Shown here: piece after piece, positions 49,146 to 58,735 of the stretch
Position numbering within the stretch: the stretch's first letter is position 1
Layout: each line of letters opens with the position of its first letter
Assembly: GCA_902493275.1 (NCBI GenBank)
Contig: CABUOQ010000001.1
Location: 28,639 to 92,638, forward strand
Source: an uncultured Bacillota bacterium
Lineage (GTDB): Bacteria; Bacillota_I; Bacilli_A; RFN20; CAG-449
DNA: 64,000 nt
Direction of reading: 5' to 3'
Made by a program: the position numbers and the translations under genes
Notes under the pieces: generated by a model
The model's database searches: none
What the model was told of the DNA's origin: nothing
Seen by the model: only the letters and a program-made list of their open reading frames with translations

Positions 49146-49907
49146 ATGAAAAACAAAAAGTTATTATTAATTCCTATCACACTCATGACTTTGATGGGAT
49201 GCTCAGCCGTCAAAGGACTAGAAAACGAAGTTACTGTAGTTTTCGAATATGATGGCGAGGTTATTAAAACTGATACCGTACACCAATTTAAAAATTGTCT
49301 GACTCCTTCCTTGAGCGAAGAACAAATTCCAATTGATAATGAATTCTTTGGTTGGACCTGGTTCAATCCAGATTCAATAAAAGCTACAGATGAAAATTTT
49401 GACAGCAAATATATTGAAAATAATGGCGTTGTTCATTATGACGAAATCAAATCATATACGCAAAATTCAGTTGTAGTTTTAAGACCTTTATTCATTGATA
49501 TTGCAGAAATTCCTGTACCAAATTATTATATTGCAATCGGCTGGTATGGTAAGACTTCAACTTCAGGCTTAGATAAAGCAAAAATGGATGCCTGGACTGA
49601 TGATTTAAAATCTTATTTACAAAGTGAAGGTGCAACTTCAGAAGATTTAGATAATATTATCGTGAAAGAATACTTAGGTGATGTTGCCACCGCCGGAGGA
49701 TTAGTTAATAAAGACCGCTTTATCGATGTCTTAGTCGGCTTTGGTAATAATATTGATTCAACAGGTGGTGTCGAAGTAATTGAAAAAGTCGGTGGCATTG
49801 AAATGGGTGGTAAAAGCCGTGTCATCGCAAGATTAACTGAAAAAGAAATTGCGATTAAAGTCTATAATTGGTTACAAACCGATGATGGAAATAAGGCATT
49901 GAAATAG
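49146..49907 (+). CDS. Lipoprotein carrying a single copy of the same roughly 173-aa domain as 47214-49130
   Basis: Lipobox LMGC. ..YYIAIGWYGKTSTSGLD..GDVATAGGLVNKDRFIDVLVGFGNNIDSTGGVEVIEKVGGIEMGGKSRVIARLTEKEIAIKVYNWLQ. Begins 16 nt after the upstream stop. Confidence 0.75.
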   Translation: MKNKKLLLIPITLMTLMGCSAVKGLENEVTVVFEYDGEVIKTDTVHQFKNCLTPSLSEEQIPIDNEFFGWTWFNPDSIKATDENFDSKYIENNGVVHYDEIKSYTQNSVVVLRPLFIDIAEIPVPNYYIAIGWYGKTSTSGLDKAKMDAWTDDLKSYLQSEGATSEDLDNIIVKEYLGDVATAGGLVNKDRFIDVLVGFGNNIDSTGGVEVIEKVGGIEMGGKSRVIARLTEKEIAIKVYNWLQTDDGNKALK

Positions 49908-49915
49908 GAGAAATT

Positions 49916-52336
49916 ATGAGAAAACGTAATAATTTAATTAAGGCAGGAACAATACTTGGATATGTTACTGCATTCATATACATATTAATAACCGCTCTAC
50001 TTTACTCACTTTCTAATTCATTATTTTGGCTTAGCCTTGTTCTTGCAGCCATATCACTTTATTCTTCATTATTTGCTGGAACATTAAGAGTTGAACTTGA
50101 AAACGATAAAATTGAAGGTAAAAATAAAACAAAATTTCTTGTTAATAGCATCGTCTCAATTGTATCACCAATTTCATTTGCATTATATTTAATAGTTTTA
50201 ATTAAAAAATATGATTCTGTAAATGATGATGTTAAAGTTTTTATTCCCGAAGAAAAAGAAAAAAATGTCACGACAAAAAAATGGTATAAAAAATCAAATT
50301 TTATTGTGTCATGTATCGGTCTTGGAACTCTTCTTCTTTCATCATTTGTCGCTAGAATTGGTGAAACAAGTGGATTTAAAGTTCAAACAACAGATTTCAC
50401 TTTAACTAAGGAATTGACAGATAAATTCAATACTGGTGAAGAAAACGCTCTAAATGGCAAAAACTTTACAATTAGTGATCCAGCATTAAAATATTCTGTT
50501 ACTGAATATCGACCAAAAACTGCAACAAAAGAAAATCCTGCACCAGTAGTATTTGTTATGCCAGGTTTTACTAGAACTAAAACAACTATGGCACAATATG
50601 CTATCGAACTTTCAAAAAGAGGTGTAGTAACTTATGTTATCGACCCAGGTTCACAAGGTGGTACAACCTATGCTGGATATGAGACAGACGATGAAGGTAA
50701 CAAAGACATGATTTCCTCTACAGTAGCGGCAAATGGACTAGATTATCTTGTTCAATATGTCTATAACGATACTGAGCGCTTCACTTACATCGACCGCGAT
50801 CGATTTGGTGCTGTTGGTCATTCAGCTGGCGGAGGAAATGTCGGTCAAGTTGCTCAAGATTTCGCTGGAAAAACTTATGAAGAATCAATTATTAAGTCAT
50901 TATATATCTCCGGATATATTAAACTAAGTTTAGCAAATCGTTTTAAAGATTTTAGATGTAATGCCGCGTTAAGTTATGCCTACTACGATGAAGGTGCATA
51001 TCGTTATCAAGAGAACATCAGCGCTTTTGAAGTAGTTGCTAAAAGATTCATCAATGAAGTAAATGATAATAATCTCGGTTATGAAGATGCCATTATCGAT
51101 TATGAATATGGTTCTATGGATAATGGTACATATCGTGTCATCCATCGTGAAATGACAAATCACTGCTTTGAAATGTATGATGGTCCATCAATTAGTAACA
51201 CTATCAACTTCTTTAGAAGAGCCTTTGAACTAGATACTAATTTAGACGATACCAGCCATACATGGCTTGTCAAAGAAGGCTTTAATGGTCTAGCTTTAGT
51301 GGGATCATTCATGTTTATCTTTGCTCTACTCGCTTTCATTATTGATATGGTTCCTTGGTTTAAATCCTTCAAAGTTGCATCTAATAGCGCAGCTGAATAT
51401 GAACGAAAACAAAGAATTAAATACGGGTATACTACCAGTTCGAGTGTCATTAATAAAGAGAATTCATCGATAATAAAGCCACAAAAGAAACACTTCTCAG
51501 ATAAAGTGATCTTCTGGACAACGACGGCTTTAACTGCAATTATCGCCTGCTTAGACTATATTCCTCTAGCAAGATTGACGATGGATTGGTTTCCAGATGC
51601 GGCTAATAACACCTACACTTTCTTCTTTCCTGCAAGAATGATGAACGCAGTTATGCTATGGGCATTATTTAATGGTAGTTTAGGATTTATCCTCTTATTA
51701 GGCGTTAAAGCTTTAGAAAACCTTTACTTTAAACTTACAAATCAACCAGATAGAATATCTTGGTATCGCTTTAAAGGAATGAAAGTTAAATGGATGGATT
51801 TATTAAAAACAGTTTGTCTAGCTTTATTCTCATTCTTATTATTCTATGGTTTATTACAAGTGATCTATTGGATATTCCATCAAGATTTCCGTTTTACATT
51901 AGTAAGCGCTTCTCCACTTCAACCTCGTTTCATAGTTACTTGGTTAATCTATCTGTTACCTTTCTTTGTCTTCTACCTTTCAAACTCTGTAAGAGTAAAT
52001 CTTTCAATTGCTACTGAAGGCTGGAGCGAATTTAAGGTCAACTTATTATCTGGAATTGCAAACTCTATCGGACTTGTATTTATCTTAGTCTTAAATTATT
52101 TCTGCTATTTTAAAACTGGTACTGTATTCTATGGATATTACTCACCAAATGATACAAGTGAAATGTGGTTATTCGTTAATATGGTATTTGGAATCATCCC
52201 AATGATGTTTATCTTACCAATCTTAAATAGATTCTGCTTCAAGAAAAGTGGTAATGTCTATCTTGGTGCGATGATTACTTGTATGATATTTATCATGATG
52301 AGTTTATCAGCATCAGTATCTTACATTCCAATGTAA
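49916..52336 (+). CDS. Polytopic membrane protein with an embedded alpha/beta-hydrolase domain (GxSxG nucleophile)
   Basis: 806 aa with about 4 N-terminal TM helices. Soluble domain has ..VVFVMPGFTRTKT.. and the nucleophile elbow GAVGHSAGGGNVG. About 8 C-terminal TM helices. Confidence 0.6.
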   Translation: MRKRNNLIKAGTILGYVTAFIYILITALLYSLSNSLFWLSLVLAAISLYSSLFAGTLRVELENDKIEGKNKTKFLVNSIVSIVSPISFALYLIVLIKKYDSVNDDVKVFIPEEKEKNVTTKKWYKKSNFIVSCIGLGTLLLSSFVARIGETSGFKVQTTDFTLTKELTDKFNTGEENALNGKNFTISDPALKYSVTEYRPKTATKENPAPVVFVMPGFTRTKTTMAQYAIELSKRGVVTYVIDPGSQGGTTYAGYETDDEGNKDMISSTVAANGLDYLVQYVYNDTERFTYIDRDRFGAVGHSAGGGNVGQVAQDFAGKTYEESIIKSLYISGYIKLSLANRFKDFRCNAALSYAYYDEGAYRYQENISAFEVVAKRFINEVNDNNLGYEDAIIDYEYGSMDNGTYRVIHREMTNHCFEMYDGPSISNTINFFRRAFELDTNLDDTSHTWLVKEGFNGLALVGSFMFIFALLAFIIDMVPWFKSFKVASNSAAEYERKQRIKYGYTTSSSVINKENSSIIKPQKKHFSDKVIFWTTTALTAIIACLDYIPLARLTMDWFPDAANNTYTFFFPARMMNAVMLWALFNGSLGFILLLGVKALENLYFKLTNQPDRISWYRFKGMKVKWMDLLKTVCLALFSFLLFYGLLQVIYWIFHQDFRFTLVSASPLQPRFIVTWLIYLLPFFVFYLSNSVRVNLSIATEGWSEFKVNLLSGIANSIGLVFILVLNYFCYFKTGTVFYGYYSPNDTSEMWLFVNMVFGIIPMMFILPILNRFCFKKSGNVYLGAMITCMIFIMMSLSASVSYIPM

Positions 52337-52347
52337 TAAAAAAATTA

Positions 52348-52385
52348 TCTAGGAACTGGCATTAGTTAAGATTGTCAGTTCCTTT
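52348..52385 (+). terminator. Rho-independent terminator closing the 44.8-52.3 kb operon
   Basis: ggaactggca-N11-tgtcagttcc stem followed by TTTTATT. Confidence 0.55.
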
Positions 52386-52405
52386 TATTATGCTATAATA
52401 TAAAC

Positions 52406-53287
52406 ATGAAAATTATACAAATGAAATATTTTCAAGCTGTTTGTAGATTCAATAATGTCTCTAAAGCAGCTCAATCATTAGGTGTTTCTCAACCGGCTAT
52501 CTCAAGTGCAATTAAAGAACTTGAGGATGAATTTGGTATTCATTTATTTATAAGAAACAATAATAAATTAGTTCTTTCTGAAGATGGAAAATACTTCTTT
52601 AATCATGTTAATAACCTCTTACGTGAAATTGAAGATATTGAAATTCAAATGAAAGATCGCGGTCAAAGATTGAAATCCATTACTATTGGTGTTCCTCCTA
52701 TCATTGGAACATTTATGTTTCCTAAATTGGTCAATGGATTTTTAAAAGAGAATCCTGATATTCAATGTTCAATTACTGAAACCGGTTCTTTAAAGGTATT
52801 AAATCATATCGAACGCGGAAGCATCGATTTAGGCATTATCACTTTTGATGAAACAATTGAAAAAAAATTCTCATATGTGGAATTAATCGATACTGAATTT
52901 GTTTTTGCTGTCAATCGTAGTCATCATTTCGCTAATAAAAAGAACATTCGCTTTGAGGATTTAGATAAAGAAGAAATTATTTTATATGCGATAGGTTCCT
53001 ATCAAGACCGCTTAATTACAAACAAAATTACTGAAAGCAATATCAAGCCTCATGTCTTTATGCATTCTTCTCAACTAGCGAGTATTCTTGAATGCTTAAA
53101 GATTCAAAATGTCGGCGCTTTTCTTCATAAAGAAATTGTGGATATGTATCCTTCGCTTGTCGGAATTCCTTTCGTGGAGCCAATAAAAGTTAAAGTTGGC
53201 ATCGTATATAATAAGGTTTCAGGATTGCTGTCATTACCGACTAAATTCGTTAATTATGCTAAAGCAATGTATAATAAAAAAGATTAA
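52406..53287 (+). CDS. LysR-family transcriptional regulator
   Basis: N-terminal wHTH ..KAAQSLGVSQPAISSAIKELE.. and C-terminal LysR substrate-binding fold; 293 aa. Confidence 0.9.
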   Translation: MKIIQMKYFQAVCRFNNVSKAAQSLGVSQPAISSAIKELEDEFGIHLFIRNNNKLVLSEDGKYFFNHVNNLLREIEDIEIQMKDRGQRLKSITIGVPPIIGTFMFPKLVNGFLKENPDIQCSITETGSLKVLNHIERGSIDLGIITFDETIEKKFSYVELIDTEFVFAVNRSHHFANKKNIRFEDLDKEEIILYAIGSYQDRLITNKITESNIKPHVFMHSSQLASILECLKIQNVGAFLHKEIVDMYPSLVGIPFVEPIKVKVGIVYNKVSGLLSLPTKFVNYAKAMYNKKD

Positions 53288-53406
53288 TTTTAATTAAATT
53301 TATTTATTTTTTTAATGCGATAAAATAAAGATAATAATATTAGTGTTCTTAAATTATTTTAATTAAAAATTTCTGTGATATAATTCAAAAGGAAAAGGAG
53401 TTTACT

Positions 53407-54570
53407 ATGAAAATAAGTGATGATATTTTTCAAATCGGCGTTAATGACCATGATATTGATTTATTTGAAGGACAATATAAAGTTCCATATGGAATGGCTT
53501 ATAATAGTTACCTTATCATGGATGAAAAAGTAGCCATTATGGATACAGTAGATAAAAATTTCACGACTGAATGGTTAAATAATATCCAAAAAACATTAAA
53601 TGATAAAACACCTGATTATTTAATTGTCCAACACATGGAGATGGATCACTCTAGCAATATAATGAATTTGTTGAATGTCTATCCGAACATTAAAGTCGTT
53701 GGAAATATCAAAACATTTTCAATGATTAAACAACTATTTAATATCGATATAAATAACAAGATAGTCGTTAATGATGGCGATACCATCTCATTAGGAAAAC
53801 ATCTATTACAATTTATTTTTGCGCCTATGGTTCATTGGCCTGAAGTTATGATTACCTATGATAATTATAATCAAGTTTTATTTTCTGCAGATGCATTTGG
53901 AAAATTTGGGGCACTAGATATCAAACAAGACTGGATAGATGAAGCTAGAAGATATTATATCGGTATCGTTGGTAAATATGGTTTACAAGTACAATCTTTA
54001 TTGAAAAAAATCTCTAAATTAGAAATTAACACGATATGTTCTTTACATGGACCAATTTTAAATAATAATCTTTCTTATTATATCTCTTTATATGATAAAT
54101 GGTCATCATATTTAATAGAAGAAGAAGGAATAACTATTGCCTATACTTCAATTTACGGAAATACCAAAGCTGCGGCTATATTACTTGAAGAAAAATTAAA
54201 AGCTCGCGGCTATAAAAATGTCATTTCATTTGATTTAGCGCGCGATGATATTCATGAAGCAATAGCCACTAGTTTTAGATTCTCTAAATTAGTTCTAGCC
54301 TCGCCAACATATAATACTGGATTATTCCCAATGATGTCTTATTTTATCGATGGACTAGTTGAACGCAATTTTCAAAAAAGATCAATTGCGATAATTGAAA
54401 ATGGCACTTGGGCTCCGATGGCTGCAAGAATTATCAAAGATAAACTTAGTAAATGTAAAGATTTAACTTTTATTGAGCCAATTGTAACCTTAAAAACCGC
54501 GATTAATAATAGTAGTGAAAAAGATATTGAAACTCTTTGTGATAATTTATGTGATGATTTATCATATTAA
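53407..54570 (+). CDS. Class A flavodiiron protein (FprA-type; metallo-beta-lactamase-like plus flavodoxin domains)
   Basis: Diiron H-x-E-x-D-H motif (VQHMEMDHSSN) and the flavodoxin FMN loop ..IAYTSIYGNTKAAA..; 387 aa. Confidence 0.85.
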   Translation: MKISDDIFQIGVNDHDIDLFEGQYKVPYGMAYNSYLIMDEKVAIMDTVDKNFTTEWLNNIQKTLNDKTPDYLIVQHMEMDHSSNIMNLLNVYPNIKVVGNIKTFSMIKQLFNIDINNKIVVNDGDTISLGKHLLQFIFAPMVHWPEVMITYDNYNQVLFSADAFGKFGALDIKQDWIDEARRYYIGIVGKYGLQVQSLLKKISKLEINTICSLHGPILNNNLSYYISLYDKWSSYLIEEEGITIAYTSIYGNTKAAAILLEEKLKARGYKNVISFDLARDDIHEAIATSFRFSKLVLASPTYNTGLFPMMSYFIDGLVERNFQKRSIAIIENGTWAPMAARIIKDKLSKCKDLTFIEPIVTLKTAINNSSEKDIETLCDNLCDDLSY

Positions 54571-54629
54571 TAAGCTATTTTAGGTATAATTACACGTTTT
54601 TGGGTCATAAATATACTTAGAGGTAATTC

Positions 54630-55157
54630 ATGAACTCAAAAAATATCATCTTAAAAATTGAAATTGGAAGTACAATTTTAGTAATGATTTTCGGTGTATT
54701 ATTACATTTTTTATATGAATGGTCATCTAATAATTCTTTTGTTGGAATTTTTTCACCTGTAAACGAAAGCGTTTGGGAACATCTGAAGCTGATTTTTTAT
54801 CCTTTGGTATTACAGATTGTCATCGCCTATTTTTATGAACAAAAGCATATTGAAAATTATCTTTACGCTAAAACATTGGCCCTGATTATTTCTTTATGTT
54901 TTGTCGTTATTTTTTATTATACTTATTCTGGAATAATTGGCACGAATATCACTTTTATTGATATAAGCACATTCTTTATTGCAATTTTATTAAGTGAATA
55001 TATCTTTTATAAAAACGTCCAAACAGAAAAAAATACTTCCAAATATGTATCATTGACAATATTATCAATTATCTTCGTGATGTTTTTATTGTTTACATTC
55101 ATAACGCCAACAATTAATTTATTTAAGGATCCAATAACTGGAACTTTTGGAATATAA
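54630..55157 (+). CDS. Hypothetical polytopic membrane protein (about 5 TM)
   Basis: 175 aa, hydrophobic throughout; RBS AGAGGT before the ATG. Confidence 0.45.
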   Translation: MNSKNIILKIEIGSTILVMIFGVLLHFLYEWSSNNSFVGIFSPVNESVWEHLKLIFYPLVLQIVIAYFYEQKHIENYLYAKTLALIISLCFVVIFYYTYSGIIGTNITFIDISTFFIAILLSEYIFYKNVQTEKNTSKYVSLTILSIIFVMFLLFTFITPTINLFKDPITGTFGI

Positions 55158-55238
55158 TACATCATCTTTAAAGCAATTAAAAACTGCATTAGAATATAAT
55201 AAGTTATTTATTATTTCATAAAATGCAGTTTTAATAAT

Positions 55239-55889
55239 TTATTTTATTACAACGAATTTAGATGGATTTGACCATTCACATCCATTACTTTTATAATAAT
55301 TCCATGTTGAGTCCTTTTGATAAATATGGGCATTTCTCATCGCAGGACATATTGAAAGATTGCCATATCCTTCCTCTTTAGTAGTATTTAGAAGGTCATA
55401 AGCCATGAATACTTTAGCGCTGAAACCTTCTTCGTGATTAATTATTGAATAATTTAAATTTTCACCTAATACCACACCTAATGATTTGGCAAATCTATCA
55501 CCGATTTGATTTGGACCGACGACTCTTTCAAAATAAATTTTGCCATTACCCGACATCAAGAAGTGATATGTTTTTCCAATTAACCAACTAGTAGATTCAC
55601 TCTTCAAATTAATCAAAAATTCAAAATTATCATCATAGCCAATATCATAAATGTTATTAATCATAATATCATCATCGGTAAATTCAACTTCAAAATTGAT
55701 TCCTTGATCATCATAATATACATTCCAAGTAGTATATGCTGTTGAAGCGGTATTCTTACATTGTAATGAAATTTCTGATATCGATGAAGTATTTTGTCCA
55801 TCATTTTCGCTTGCAAGAGCAATATTACTTCCACTATAAAGGGGGATTGCTAATAAAAACAATGAAACTAATGCTAATTTATTTTTCAT
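55239..55889 (-). CDS. Secreted hypothetical protein (beta-rich, possible carbohydrate-binding module)
   Basis: Likely start MKNKLALVSLFLLAIPLYSG.. (signal peptide). Final gene of the 63.1-55.2 kb minus-strand operon. Confidence 0.45.
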   Translation of the reverse strand: MKNKLALVSLFLLAIPLYSGSNIALASENDGQNTSSISEISLQCKNTASTAYTTWNVYYDDQGINFEVEFTDDDIMINNIYDIGYDDNFEFLINLKSESTSWLIGKTYHFLMSGNGKIYFERVVGPNQIGDRFAKSLGVVLGENLNYSIINHEEGFSAKVFMAYDLLNTTKEEGYGNLSICPAMRNAHIYQKDSTWNYYKSNGCEWSNPSKFVVIK

Positions 55890-55894
55890 ATTCT

Positions 55895-58726
55895 TTACCT
55901 CAATATCAAACATCTATATGATTTTTTATTCATATGGAGTTTTATAATTCCATTAGTAACTGTTACTTTAACGCTTTCCTTATTGAATGAATCGTATAAA
56001 GTATAATCACCATCAGCTAAAACATAATTTGAATTATTCAAATTGATTTGAATATCTTTATCATTGCTAGAGTAATTAAAGATTGGAAGAACTGATGAAT
56101 TTCCGCTTCTATCCATCTTGATATAGCTATAAGTATCTTTTTCACTATTATTTGATAATTTATATCTATGACCGGTCGTATTTAATGCGGCTAAAGAGTT
56201 TTGTTGAGCGTATAAGCGATGGATTTGATTTTGAACATCCTCGCTATATGTTTGCATAATATCTTGACCAATTCGATTTGATGATCCTGAGTGTAAAAAT
56301 GCAAGATGACCTGTTGAAGTAACAAGTGCAGCTTCTAACACTCTTTCATTCTCACTTAAATGCAAATAATTATCTTCAAAGTTCATCGTTGCTAAGGATA
56401 CTCCACCGATTGATACTGTCGTGTCACGGTTATTTTTAATAATATTATCGGTATCATTAACAGAACTGGTTAGATAGTTTTCAAGTCCAAGTGAATATGC
56501 ATTTCCACCCCAACTTGACATCGCATAATTTTGAATACAATTATAATAGAATGACACGATAAATTTATTATCACCTGAACCTTCAGGAAGAGCAAATTTA
56601 TTCTTCTTTATCAAGGTCTTAGTAATGGAATTATATGTTACATCACTAGCTGAAGCTTTACCAAAATAGTAAACATCAGGTGCATCAAGAGCAATTCCAT
56701 CTATACCAAAACTTGACCAGAAATCAATGTAATTATATGTTTCTTCTTGCCACTCTTTGTTTTCAAAATTGAATGTTGGTATCTGTCCACTTTCACCCCA
56801 ATATCCATAATAATATGCATTAGCAATATCGCTATAGAACCACTTTGTTGGATCGACACAAGTATCACTAAAGACAAACCAATTTCTCTCTTTAGAGTTG
56901 ATTCCTAAGGCATAATCCTTACATGCTTTTTTAAAATAGTCAGCCGTGGCCTTACCATAACCGACATTGCCAAACATGAAGACATACATTCCTCTTTTGT
57001 GCGCTTCATTAATTAATCTTTCAAGATCATCTAAAGTACCAATTAAAGGATCGACTTTGTAATTATTTGTTCCGCCTAGTCCAGCCCAAATATCAGCTAG
57101 GCCCTCATATGGTTGGTGCAATTCTATGATCTTATATCCACTGTATCTAAATTCATCTAATCTATAGGTGATTTCATTTAAAGTTACACCTTGTAATTTA
57201 GGATAAAATCTTATGACTCCACTTTGATCTTCCCACCAATTCTCAGTTTTTGAATTTCCTAAGCCGATACAAGAGAATTTTAAAACACTGGCACGTTCAT
57301 TTGCTCCAGGAATAATTCTTACTCGAATATATCTACCTTCAATGATTGAATTGTTATATATTTGATATATTTTTTGAGAATCATTATTATTTCGACCATC
57401 AAAATAAATATCGTAATTAATTTTATCGACACTTGTTTCAATGATAAATTGTTGCTTGTTATCATTTAAGAATTCAATTTGTAGGTGATTGATTAAAGCT
57501 TTTCTACCTAAATCAAATTCAAACATTTCTTCTTTTCCTATCGTTGAAGCTTCCCAAGGTAAGATAGAAGACTTATCAGTTATATTATTTAGTCGATGAG
57601 CATGATCAAGATAATCCGTGCACGTTCCATCTAAATTTAATAATAAATCACGATATAAATTATTTCCTAAAACAGTAACAGCATCATTGCATCTTATATA
57701 TTTTGCAATAATATTTGCTTTAGATAAATCAGTTAGTCTTTCATAATTAATTCCATCGATTGAATACTCAACTGAACTAGCCTCAGTTTTTATTGAAGAA
57801 ATATATGAAGGACTATCTAAAGTAATAACATTCCCATCTTTTTTGGTCACTAATTCGGCAAATCCTAAAACTTTAAATTCCGTTAAATTAGCCCATCCTG
57901 GACCTGAAAAAGTACGATAAACTAAAGCATCAATATTCTTATCGATATCAAATTTAAAATGGCTTCCATTCAAAGATGTTCTATCAACTAATTTTATCCA
58001 ATTACCATTTTCATCTCGACCTTCGACTTCAAAATTATATGTTCCATAATCGAGCATATCTAATTGAATTTGTTTCACTAATGATAATGAATCTAATTCG
58101 ACACTTAGCCATTGTGGATAATTGCCATTACTTGCACAATAATATGTAGCGGAATCTCCATCAAACGCTCTAAATGGGCGATTATTTGTTGCATAGCTTG
58201 AAGCATCACCCACTTTTCCAAGCACAAGATTTTGTCCTAATTCAAGGTCGTCACATTGGCAATAGAACTCTTTGCTTGTTGGAGCAAATCCTTTTTCTGA
58301 ACGATAGATATTTAAACGGATATATTGCGCATAAAAATCACAGCTTTCTTGAAAGGTGCTACCAAATTCACCATGAGAAGCATTCACTACTTCAAAGAAT
58401 TCTTTGTTATCTATTGAAGCCAATATATCAAAATACCAAATATCTTCTTCATTAAAGATTTGGACAACAGAAGTAATTTTTTTAATAGTTTTTAAATCGA
58501 TAGTAATGCTTTGATTCTCATTTTTATCGGCTTCCCAATAAGAATTATAATCACCATCAAAGGCATAGCTTTCTAAATGATCATTCTTACTAGATGTAGC
58601 AGAAAAAGAAATATTATCAATAAAAGCATCGCGATAGATATTTTGATTCTTTTTGACATTCATAGTATCACAACTTCCTAATAAAGGTATTAAGCTTATA
58701 AGCAATAATGAAATTTTATTTTTCAT
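55895..58726 (-). CDS. Large lipoprotein: two F5/8 type C (discoidin) domains plus a TIM-barrel glycoside-hydrolase-like domain with GH13-like motifs
   Basis: Lipobox LLGSC. Discoidin signatures ..AFDGDYNSYWEA.. and ..AFDGDSATYY... Catalytic-region-like ..FGIDGIALDAPDVYY.. (GH13 region-II-like) and ..LINEAHKRGMYVFMFGNVGY... Confidence 0.5.
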   Translation of the reverse strand: MKNKISLLLISLIPLLGSCDTMNVKKNQNIYRDAFIDNISFSATSSKNDHLESYAFDGDYNSYWEADKNENQSITIDLKTIKKITSVVQIFNEEDIWYFDILASIDNKEFFEVVNASHGEFGSTFQESCDFYAQYIRLNIYRSEKGFAPTSKEFYCQCDDLELGQNLVLGKVGDASSYATNNRPFRAFDGDSATYYCASNGNYPQWLSVELDSLSLVKQIQLDMLDYGTYNFEVEGRDENGNWIKLVDRTSLNGSHFKFDIDKNIDALVYRTFSGPGWANLTEFKVLGFAELVTKKDGNVITLDSPSYISSIKTEASSVEYSIDGINYERLTDLSKANIIAKYIRCNDAVTVLGNNLYRDLLLNLDGTCTDYLDHAHRLNNITDKSSILPWEASTIGKEEMFEFDLGRKALINHLQIEFLNDNKQQFIIETSVDKINYDIYFDGRNNNDSQKIYQIYNNSIIEGRYIRVRIIPGANERASVLKFSCIGLGNSKTENWWEDQSGVIRFYPKLQGVTLNEITYRLDEFRYSGYKIIELHQPYEGLADIWAGLGGTNNYKVDPLIGTLDDLERLINEAHKRGMYVFMFGNVGYGKATADYFKKACKDYALGINSKERNWFVFSDTCVDPTKWFYSDIANAYYYGYWGESGQIPTFNFENKEWQEETYNYIDFWSSFGIDGIALDAPDVYYFGKASASDVTYNSITKTLIKKNKFALPEGSGDNKFIVSFYYNCIQNYAMSSWGGNAYSLGLENYLTSSVNDTDNIIKNNRDTTVSIGGVSLATMNFEDNYLHLSENERVLEAALVTSTGHLAFLHSGSSNRIGQDIMQTYSEDVQNQIHRLYAQQNSLAALNTTGHRYKLSNNSEKDTYSYIKMDRSGNSSVLPIFNYSSNDKDIQINLNNSNYVLADGDYTLYDSFNKESVKVTVTNGIIKLHMNKKSYRCLILR

Positions 58727-58735
58727 ATCTGTACC

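Noticed and set aside
49001-52017. ORFs 49001-49408, 49613-49825, 50059-50271, 50223-50405, 50969-51163, 51160-51450 and 51790-52017
   Set aside because: Antisense or out-of-frame within the lipoprotein and membrane-hydrolase genes.
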